DNA of 37,007 nucleotides from Patescibacteria group bacterium (GTDB lineage Bacteria; Patescibacteriota; Microgenomatia; UBA10105; UBA927): positions 1 to 37,007 of the forward strand of contig JBBTUC010000084.1 in assembly GCA_038078675.1 (NCBI GenBank), in the 5' to 3' direction. Under the pieces are notes generated by a model, which worked only from the letters and a program-made list of their open reading frames with translations, was not told the origin of the DNA and searched no databases. Every line of letters starts with the position of its first letter. Position 1 is the stretch's first letter. Shown here in pieces: positions 31,066 through 37,007 of the stretch. The position numbers and the translations under genes are program-made.

Positions 31066-32517
31066 ATGAAAACCGTCCGCACCCGCATCGCTCCCTCGCC
31101 TACCGGAGAAAATCTTCACATCGGCAATGCTTATACGGCGCTCATCAACTTCGTGGTGGCAAAACAAAACAACGGTCAGTTTATCATCCGTATTGAAGAC
31201 ACCGACCGGACGCGGTTTGTCCTAGGGTCAGAACGTCGGATCTTGGAGTCGCTTGCATGGCTTGGTATTCCCCATGATGAAGGACCGGATAACGATGGGC
31301 CATTTGCTCCATACCGCCAATCCGAACGACTTGAATTTTATAGAAAATACGCAGAAGAGTTAGTTGAGAAGGATCACGCCTACTACTGCTTCTGTACGCC
31401 GGATCAGCTTGGCGAGATGAGAAAAGAGCAGGAAGCTCGGCACGAGCCGCCGAGGTATGACGGTCACTGTCGTGAACTCAAAACTCAAAATTCAAAACTT
31501 CCCGCGAAGCGGGATCCCGCTCCGCGGGACAAAATTCAAAATGGCGAAAAGTACGTAATCCGATTGAAAGTTCCTGACGAAGGGGTCACCACGTTCACCG
31601 ACCTTATCCGCGGAGAAATTTCTTTTGAAAATAAGCTCATTGATGATCAGGTACTTCTCAAATCCGATGGGTTTCCGACGTACCATCTCGGCGTGGTTGT
31701 GGATGATCATGGTATGGAGATTTCCCACGTCATTCGCGGTGAAGAATGGATTTCGTCTACCCCTAAACATATTCTCCTCTACCGATTTTTTGGATGGGAC
31801 ATCCCGGTTTACGCCCACCTGCCGCTTCTTCGAAATCCGGACAAAAGTAAATTATCCAAACGGAAAAATCCCGTATGGGCGTCGTGGTACAAAGAACAGG
31901 GGTACTTGCCGGAAGCGCTCCTCAATTATTTAGCGTCGATGGCATGGGCACATCCTAAAGGGGATGAACTATTTTCTATCGACGGGATGATAAAAGTATT
32001 TGATCTTAAGGATGTGCAGACCACGGCACCTATCTTTGATATCGAAAAATTGAGATGGATGAATGGGGAGTATTTACGAAGCTATCAGCTGTCAGCTATC
32101 AGCTATCAGCTTTATAATTTTTTTAATCAAAAATACCCCTTAGAGATGATTGAACAAATATGGCCGCTTGTACGTGAAAGAATGAAAACACTGAAGGAAT
32201 TTGAGTCTCTTGCCGGATTTTTTTTCGAGCGGCCGAAGGAATATGAGAGGCCGGTGGACAAAAAACTATTAACATTCTCGCATCATGCGCTTGAATTATC
32301 TGATTGGAATCATGACGCGATGGAAAAAAGGATCCGTGAAGCCGCGGAAAAATCTGGCATAAAGGCAAAAGACCTCTTTATGGAACTTCGTATTGCCATT
32401 ACCGGTAAATCCGTCGGCCCACCGATTCTCGAGTCCCTCGAAATTCTTGGCCGCGAGGAAAGTCTTAAAAGACTTTCTGTCATTCCGGCCCCCGAGCCGG
32501 AATCCATTACCATCTAA
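31066..32517 (+). CDS. gltX: Glutamyl-tRNA synthetase
   Basis: RIAPSPTGENLHIGNAYTA (HIGH-type motif), KLSKRK (KMSKS-type motif) and GFPTYHLGVVVDD. The ATG at 31066 is preferred over the TTG at 31024. Confidence 0.9.
   Translation: MKTVRTRIAPSPTGENLHIGNAYTALINFVVAKQNNGQFIIRIEDTDRTRFVLGSERRILESLAWLGIPHDEGPDNDGPFAPYRQSERLEFYRKYAEELVEKDHAYYCFCTPDQLGEMRKEQEARHEPPRYDGHCRELKTQNSKLPAKRDPAPRDKIQNGEKYVIRLKVPDEGVTTFTDLIRGEISFENKLIDDQVLLKSDGFPTYHLGVVVDDHGMEISHVIRGEEWISSTPKHILLYRFFGWDIPVYAHLPLLRNPDKSKLSKRKNPVWASWYKEQGYLPEALLNYLASMAWAHPKGDELFSIDGMIKVFDLKDVQTTAPIFDIEKLRWMNGEYLRSYQLSAISYQLYNFFNQKYPLEMIEQIWPLVRERMKTLKEFESLAGFFFERPKEYERPVDKKLLTFSHHALELSDWNHDAMEKRIREAAEKSGIKAKDLFMELRIAITGKSVGPPILESLEILGREESLKRLSVIPAPEPESITI
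31498..31529. repeat. Tandem mini-hairpins inside gltX (encode LPAKRDPAPRD), flanked by a 12-nt direct repeat
   Basis: CCCGC-gaa-GCGGG and CCCGC-tcc-GCGGG. The direct repeat CAAAATTCAAAA lies at 31486-31497 and 31530-31541. Confidence 0.75.
32080..32114. repeat. Heptanucleotide tandem repeat inside gltX
   Basis: AGCTATC AGCTGTC AGCTATC AGCTATC AGCTTTA, translated as SYQLSAISYQLY. Confidence 0.85.
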
Positions 32518-32546
32518 GATGGATCCCGGGTCAAGCCCGGGATGAC
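32479..32546. repeat. Composite head-to-head GTCAT-hairpin element spanning the gltX stop codon
   Basis: gtcattccggcccccgagccggaatccat (32479-32507) and the inverted atggatcccgggtcaagcccgggatgac (32519-32546). The gltX C-terminus SVIPAPEPESITI and its TAA (32515-32517) lie within the element. Confidence 0.8.
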
Positions 32547-32549
32547 AAT

Positions 32550-33419
32550 TTACACATATTCCATCCAATGCGTGTCCGTTTCGACAGTGAGATCAAGGTA
32601 GACTTTCCTGTTCGTCGCGGTTTCCAGTTCTTTACGGGCTGCCATGCTTATTTCTTTTATCATAGTGCCGTTTCTGCCAATGATCATGGATTTATATCGG
32701 TCAGCAGACGTGAGAATTCGGGCTTTCACGTACAATACTCCGTTGTCGCGATCTATGGTGTCATCAATGACTGCGGTCATTGAGTAGGGCACTTCCCGAC
32801 GAAGAAACAGAAACGCCTTTTCCCGGACTATTTCAGCAAGGAACATTTTGCTATCGAGGTTGAGACCCGGCTGTATAAGTGTTTTGGTATCGATTGCGGG
32901 TTTGCCTTCGGGGAGAAACTCAAATATTACCTCCAGGAGATGCCCCAGGTTTTTTCTTGCAAATGCGGATACTTCGACGACTTCGTCAAATTCTTCCTCC
33001 ATAAACTTATACTCAACGATATGCGTGGGTTTGACGACGTCTATCTTATTAATCACCAAAATTTTGTGCCCCTTGAATTTTCTGACCAGTCCGAGCGTTT
33101 TGTTTTCCTCAAGATCCCGGGATCGCGTATGGTCCACAAGGTATATGACGAGATCAATATGTTGGTTGAGCTGTTCTTCGGCGCGAAGATTTATGCGTCT
33201 TGCGAGAGGATCGACGACTTTCCCCATGATTCCCGGAGTGTCGATAAATACGATTTGGCCTCGGTCGTCTTCGTAGACTGCCTGGATTGCAAACCTCGTC
33301 GTTTGGGGTTTGGGTGAGGTGATCGAAACCTTTTGCTTCAGGATATTATTGAGAAGCGTGGATTTTCCCGCGTTTGGCCTGCCGATTATCGCGACAGTAC
33401 CTGTCTTTTGGTTTTTCAT
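32550..33419 (-). CDS. era: GTPase Era
   Basis: G1 GRPNAGKST, G2 TT (PQTTR), G3 DTPG, G4 NKID, and a C-terminal KH domain (IIGRNGTMIKEI). Confidence 0.9.
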   Translation of the reverse strand: MKNQKTGTVAIIGRPNAGKSTLLNNILKQKVSITSPKPQTTRFAIQAVYEDDRGQIVFIDTPGIMGKVVDPLARRINLRAEEQLNQHIDLVIYLVDHTRSRDLEENKTLGLVRKFKGHKILVINKIDVVKPTHIVEYKFMEEEFDEVVEVSAFARKNLGHLLEVIFEFLPEGKPAIDTKTLIQPGLNLDSKMFLAEIVREKAFLFLRREVPYSMTAVIDDTIDRDNGVLYVKARILTSADRYKSMIIGRNGTMIKEISMAARKELETATNRKVYLDLTVETDTHWMEYV

Positions 33420-33489
33420 GGCCCTAGTATTCTACCACAAGAGGCTGTTGCTATTGACAAAGTTGGATTTACCGTGTCATGATGTTTCT

Positions 33490-34179
33490 ATGCTCGTAAG
33501 GCGGTCAGTTGCGGTAAGTATCGGGGTTCTTCTCCTTGTTGTTCCCGGGGTTTGGGCAGAGGCGACGGCACCGGGCACGCTCAAAGAGCGCCGTACAGAA
33601 GTGCGTGAGGCGGCTCGCGAGCGTTGGGAAGAACTGAAAACAAATCGTGAAGCGAAGCGTGAGGAAGTTAAGGCGAACGTACAAGCCAAGCGCGAAGAGA
33701 TAAAAGCAAAAGTTGAGTCAGTACGTGACGAGCGAAAGAAACTGGTTGTTGAACGGGTACAGGAGAAGCTTGGAAATGTCAACGAAAAAAGAACAGATCA
33801 TTTCCTGAAGGTTCTTGAGCGGCTTTCAACGATTCTGGATAAAATACAGTCGCGTACCGAGAAAGCCAAAGCAGAGGGTAAAAATGTCACTGCCGTTGAA
33901 ACGGCCATTGCATCCGCCCGGACAGCGATTACAACAGCGGAATCAGCAGTAAATGCGCAAAAAGCAAAAACCTACCAGGTTACGGTCAACGACGACACGA
34001 CTGCAAGGAGTGACGTTGGAGCTACCACCAAGCAGTTGCAGGAAGATCTTCGGGCAGTACAAGATACGGTTGCAGCTGCCCGGAGTGCCGTGCAAAATGT
34101 GTTTAAGGAGATAAAGACACTCGTCGGTTCAAAGAGCACAGCGACGCCGAGTGCAACCGATAGTAGCGCCGCGCAGTAA
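33490..34179 (+). CDS. Hypothetical secreted alpha-helical (coiled-coil-like) protein
   Basis: Signal-peptide-like N-terminus MLVRRSVAVSIGVLLLVVPGVWAEA, then K/E/R-rich repeats (REAKREEVKANVQAKREEIKAKVE). The ORF-track start at 33310 is antisense to era and was rejected. Confidence 0.55.
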   Translation: MLVRRSVAVSIGVLLLVVPGVWAEATAPGTLKERRTEVREAARERWEELKTNREAKREEVKANVQAKREEIKAKVESVRDERKKLVVERVQEKLGNVNEKRTDHFLKVLERLSTILDKIQSRTEKAKAEGKNVTAVETAIASARTAITTAESAVNAQKAKTYQVTVNDDTTARSDVGATTKQLQEDLRAVQDTVAAARSAVQNVFKEIKTLVGSKSTATPSATDSSAAQ

Positions 34180-34592
34180 TGACTATGCCAGAAACTACTC
34201 CACAATTAATGCCAACCGAACCCGCACCCTCGGCAGTGCCGCAGGCTGCTCCCGTACGTACGGTTGTTCCTCCCGCAGAGCAGCCTAAGAAGGGGTCCGG
34301 TTTACTTTGGCTTGCGATCGTTTTAGGTGTTTTAATCCTTGGAGGAAGCGCATATTTTCTTTATACAAAGGAGCAAAAGCCACTTGAGAAATCCTCGATG
34401 ACACCTCCGAGTTTAGTTACACAAGAAGGTAAACCAAATCAGGGGTTCGGTTTGTCTACTCCTACACCTTCGGCTACCCCGACAATTACTTCATCTGATA
34501 GTGTCACGGATATCGAAAAAGACCTCTCCGGCACGACTATCGAGTCCGGCAATTCTTCGGAATTTGATGCCGACCTCCAAAGCCTCGAGTAA
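34179..34592 (+). CDS. Hypothetical Pro/Thr-rich single-pass membrane protein
   Basis: Pro-rich N-terminus, one TM helix (LLWLAIVLGVLILGGSAYFLY), and an S/T/P-rich tail. The ATG overlaps the preceding stop. Confidence 0.5.
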   Translation: MTMPETTPQLMPTEPAPSAVPQAAPVRTVVPPAEQPKKGSGLLWLAIVLGVLILGGSAYFLYTKEQKPLEKSSMTPPSLVTQEGKPNQGFGLSTPTPSATPTITSSDSVTDIEKDLSGTTIESGNSSEFDADLQSLE

Positions 34593-35423
34593 ATGAAGCT
34601 TTCTCCAAGACGTATAGCCTCTTTTCAACATAAGATTTTTAGTTGGTGGACCACTCATAAGCGCGACCTCCCGTGGCGGCATACCCGCGATCCCTACGAG
34701 ATTATGGTATCCGAGGTTATGCTCCAGCAGACGCAGGTATTACGCGTAATCGCTAAATATACCGAGTTTATCGAGGTGTTTCCGATGGTTTTTGATCTTG
34801 CCAAAGCCAGCCCGGCACAAGTCCTCCGTATTTGGAAGGGGATGGGGTATAACCGTCGTGCTTTGTATCTTCAGAAGACAGCCAAGACGATTATTGATAT
34901 CTATCACGGAAAGTTTCCTGTTAGCGAGCGCGAGCTTGTCAAACTCCCCGGATTGGGCAAATATACTGCTCGAGCAATTTTGGTGTTCGCTTATAAGCAG
35001 GAAGTCCCGCTAGTCGATACAAATATCCGCCAGATTATTACGCATTTCTTTTTTAAGGATCAGCCACAAAAAGAGTCCGTAGTTGAAGAAGTCGCCCGGC
35101 AATTAGTGCCCAGTGGTAAATCTTGGGAATGGCACCAAGCGCTTATGGACTATGGAGCCCTTCGACTCGCTCGCGCTCGCTCAGGGTCTTTGACCAAAGC
35201 GAGTCGAAGGACCCCCGTTTCTTTCCGCGACTCAAACCGCTTTTACCGTGGCCGCATCATCGACCGATTGCGGGAAGGAGATATATCGGAAAAAAAGTTT
35301 CTTAATGAGCTAGGGAAAACGTATACCAAGCCGGTAGCATTCCTTCACTCTGTTATCGAGTCGCTCATTAAAGATGGACTCATGCAACGAACCTCCCGGG
35401 GTATCCTTCGCCTTCCAGTTTAA
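34593..35423 (+). CDS. MutY-like HhH-GPD adenine DNA glycosylase, cysteine-free and lacking the NUDIX-like C-terminal domain
   Basis: WRHTRDPYEIMVSEVMLQQTQV (catalytic Glu context), HhH LPGLGKYTA, and VDTNIRQI (catalytic Asp context). The 276-aa translation contains no Cys at all. Confidence 0.8.
   Translation: MKLSPRRIASFQHKIFSWWTTHKRDLPWRHTRDPYEIMVSEVMLQQTQVLRVIAKYTEFIEVFPMVFDLAKASPAQVLRIWKGMGYNRRALYLQKTAKTIIDIYHGKFPVSERELVKLPGLGKYTARAILVFAYKQEVPLVDTNIRQIITHFFFKDQPQKESVVEEVARQLVPSGKSWEWHQALMDYGALRLARARSGSLTKASRRTPVSFRDSNRFYRGRIIDRLREGDISEKKFLNELGKTYTKPVAFLHSVIESLIKDGLMQRTSRGILRLPV
35160..35209. repeat. 50-nt hairpin inside the mutY-like gene (encodes LRLARARSGSLTKASRR)
   Basis: 12-bp perfect stem CTTCGACTCGCT (35160-35171) pairs with AGCGAGTCGAAG (35198-35209). 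It sits right after ALMDYGA, where MutY/Nth proteins carry the Fe-S Cys loop. Confidence 0.8.
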
Positions 35424-35439
35424 TCACCATGTTCTAACC

Positions 35440-35473
35440 ATCACAAAATTATGCACGTGCATAATTTTGTGAT
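35440..35473. repeat. 34-bp perfect palindrome, copy 1 (upstream of the PaaX/Cas2-like gene)
   Basis: ATCACAAAATTATGCAC|GTGCATAATTTTGTGAT. Identical to 36215-36248. Confidence 0.95.
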
Positions 35474-35488
35474 ACTCTGGAGTGTGAT

Positions 35489-36157
35489 ATGGTGAAGCGA
35501 AGTTTCGTCAAGGAATCATCAATGTCCGATGAGCAGCTTCAAAAAACGGCGTCATTTTTGTATGAACGGTATAAAAAGGACGAACGCGAAAGAAAGTACG
35601 CCTCGGTCAGGCATATCCTTACTTACCTCGGAATAGGTGCGACGATTGCTACAGCGTTTGTCTCGCCAAACGCAGCAGGCGCTATCGCAAAGATGTTTTA
35701 TTCTCCGTCTTTCTCGTATGACCCCAACGGATGGAAGCGGTATAACAAAGGATACCTTCGGCAATCATTGCGGCGGCTTGAGGCGCAGAAACTTGTCAAG
35801 TACGTGAGTTTAGACGGACAAGACGTCGTCACGATTACCAAAGAAGGAAAAAAGAAAATCTTAAAATATACACTTGAGCACTTAGAAGTGAAGAAACCTG
35901 AAAGTTGGGATGAGAATTGGCGTGTCGTCATTTACGATATTCCTGCCCGCGATAGGAGTCTGCAATTGGTTATTCGTGATGCGCTGAAAGCCATGGGGTT
36001 TTACCAGATGCAGGAGAGCGTCTATCTTTTTCCGTATCCGTGTTATGACGAAGTAGAATTCTTGCGTTCGTTTTACGGCGTGGGTGACATGGTGAAGTAT
36101 CTTCTCGTAACTAAACTTGAAGACGACGCTCCATACCGGCAGTATTTTGGAGTCTGA
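35489..36157 (+). CDS. PaaX-like protein: winged-helix domain + C-terminal Cas2/VapD-like (ferredoxin-fold) domain
   Basis: wHTH-like LRRLEAQKLVKYVSLDGQDVVTITKEGKKK. The C-terminal WRVVIYDIPARDRSLQLVIRDALKAMGFYQMQESVYLFPYP matches the Cas2/PaaX_C pattern (hydrophobic-YDI...G-F...Q-S-V-hydrophobic). GGAG RBS lies 6 nt upstream of the ATG. Confidence 0.6.
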   Translation: MVKRSFVKESSMSDEQLQKTASFLYERYKKDERERKYASVRHILTYLGIGATIATAFVSPNAAGAIAKMFYSPSFSYDPNGWKRYNKGYLRQSLRRLEAQKLVKYVSLDGQDVVTITKEGKKKILKYTLEHLEVKKPESWDENWRVVIYDIPARDRSLQLVIRDALKAMGFYQMQESVYLFPYPCYDEVEFLRSFYGVGDMVKYLLVTKLEDDAPYRQYFGV

Positions 36158-36214
36158 AAGCTTTCTGTAGACGTATCTTATATTTCACCAATGACATTGA
36201 AGAGACGTCAAGGC

Positions 36215-36248
36215 ATCACAAAATTATGCACGTGCATAATTTTGTGAT
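36215..36248. repeat. 34-bp perfect palindrome, copy 2 (downstream of the PaaX/Cas2-like gene, upstream of the tRNA cluster)
   Basis: Identical to 35440-35473. A candidate promoter follows within about 12 nt: TTGGTA (36261-36266), 18-nt spacer, TATAAT (36285-36290). Confidence 0.95.
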
Positions 36249-36310
36249 GGATTCCGTGGGTTGGTAGGGAGGATTGAAGTAGGATATAATCATGTCGTTG
36301 GGGCTTGAGC

Positions 36311-36483
36311 TGGGAGGTCGTATAACGGTAGTACGTCCCGCTTAGCGGGACTATCTTGGTGAGTTGTTATTAGCGCTGCGGGATCGTATAACGGTAGTAC
36401 ACATCCCTCTGGAGGATGGTATCTTGGTTCGAATCCAAGTCCCGCAGCGCTGCTAACAATAAAATGGAATCCAAGCCTCCCAG
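36311..36483 (+). other. Split, diverged tRNA-like gene whose T-loop position is occupied by tRNA-Gln
   Basis: The 5' part (36311-36360) aligns to tRNA-Gln, with identical blocks tcgtataacggtagtac and tatcttggt, but has its own acceptor strand TGGGAGG. The matching CCAAG-CCTCCCA-G lies at 36471-36483. The anticodon arm GTCCC-GCTTAGC-GGGAC is non-canonical (C33). Probably a pseudo-tRNA; function unknown. Confidence 0.4.
36377..36447 (+). tRNA. tRNA-Gln (anticodon CTG)
   Basis: Hand-folded: TGCGGGA-TC-GTAT-AACGGTA-GTAC-A-CATCC-CTCTGGA-GGATG-GTAT-CTTGG-TTCGAAT-CCAAG-TCCCGCA-G. It is 71 nt, with a U1-A72 pair and G73 as in bacterial tRNA-Gln. No encoded CCA. Confidence 0.9.
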
Positions 36484-36755
36484 CTCAGATCCTAACGGTG
36501 CAGTAGTATGTTCCGCTTCGCGGAGATGAGAATCTAGGAGCAACATCACCGGTGCGGAAATATCCGAATGGGCACAAGTCCCGTAGCACAGTTTCACTTA
36601 CACATACTTCATAAGTATGATGTTCGAGCATTTTTGTATAATTTCAATACCCAGCGCAGGAATCCCCATCCCTTTTAGGGGTGGGGAGGAATGCGCCGCC
36701 CGGAGAGATGCAAGTCTTCTTGCGTCTCGGAGGCATCTTCTGTCATGATTTGTTC

Positions 36756-37007
36756 ATGACGGAATACTGGAAAGGTTCATCAACAACACACAGAATTGTG
36801 ACTCATCTGGTGTTCTGTCCGAAATACCGAAGACGGGTATTGATTGGCAAAATAGCCAAGAGAATAGAGCAGTTGTTTATCCAGTGTTGCCAGATGAACA
36901 AGTGGGAGATTCATGAGTTAGGATTTGATCGGGATCATGTGCACATGATGATTGTCAAGTACCCCGTTTTTCAAGAACACTTTCTGAGTATTTTTGTTTA
37001 TACTGAT
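36756..37007 (+). CDS. tnpA: IS200/IS605 family transposase TnpA (Y1 HUH), 5' part, runs off the window
   Basis: Hand-translated; not in the ORF track: MTEYWKGSSTTHRIVTHLVFCPKYRRRVLIGKIAKRIEQLFIQCCQMNKWEIHELGFDRDHVHMMIVKYP. This shows the HLVF.PKYRR and DHVH (HUH) signatures. Upstream hairpins and a TGTATAAT extended -10 at 36635-36642. Confidence 0.8.
   Translation, partial: MTEYWKGSSTTHRIVTHLVFCPKYRRRVLIGKIAKRIEQLFIQCCQMNKWEIHELGFDRDHVHMMIVKYPVFQEHFLSIFVYTD

Noticed and set aside
35489-36157. A possible CRISPR-Cas remnant, because of the Cas2-like C-terminal domain
   Set aside because: No repeat-spacer array, no cas1 and no other cas genes occur anywhere in the window. The wHTH + Cas2-like combination fits PaaX-like regulators better.
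36339-36345. Reading the outer tRNA-like anticodon loop (GCTTAGC, nominal anticodon UUA) as an ochre-suppressor tRNA implying TAA recoding
   Set aside because: Many well-supported genes in the window terminate at TAA at the expected protein ends (for example rny 5059-5061 and aspS 28972-28974). The loop also has C33 instead of U33, and the T-loop is disrupted.
36370-36597. 75-aa minus-strand ORF
   Set aside because: It overlaps tRNA-Gln and the tRNA-like modules on the opposite strand and has no coding signals.

Overview
Gene-dense chromosomal window of about 37 kb, mostly housekeeping genes. The gene set and the many small DUF-type proteins suggest a small-genome, Candidate Phyla Radiation/Patescibacteria-like bacterium; that placement is inference only.

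Gene order:
- a large serine recombinase bracketed by 108-bp inverted repeats, next to tRNA-Pro(GGG)
- recA (frame broken in a homopolymer), recX, rny, then HU
- an ABC-2 transporter locus with one ATPase and two paralogous permease pairs (one permease frame-broken in a T7 run), split by three antisense mini-ORFs for hydrophobic peptides
- LytR_C protein, HAD hydrolase, miaB-miaA, AI-2E transporter, ABC-F ATPase
- RNase P RNA (rnpB), a PIN/Phd toxin-antitoxin pair, and a 46-aa zinc-ribbon gene missing from the ORF track
- DUF4446, DUF3048, a wHTH regulator, then secD-[129-bp MITE]-secF
- cca, recJ, and a small ORF with an attenuator-like leader
- a T-box leader plus aspS (GAD-less, fused to a YbaK-type editing domain)
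- D-Ala-D-Ala carboxypeptidase, gltX, era, and two secreted/membrane proteins
- a cysteine-free MutY-like glycosylase
- a wHTH + Cas2/PaaX-like gene bracketed by twin 34-bp perfect palindromes
- tRNA-Gln nested inside a split tRNA-like gene
- the 5' part of an IS200/IS605 tnpA at the window edge

The most distinctive theme is several families of short hairpin/palindromic repeats. Many are inserted in frame into conserved genes (recX, miaB, recJ three times, gltX, dac, mutY-like). No rRNA gene and no CRISPR array were seen.

All family assignments come from reading motifs in the translations, not from database searches.
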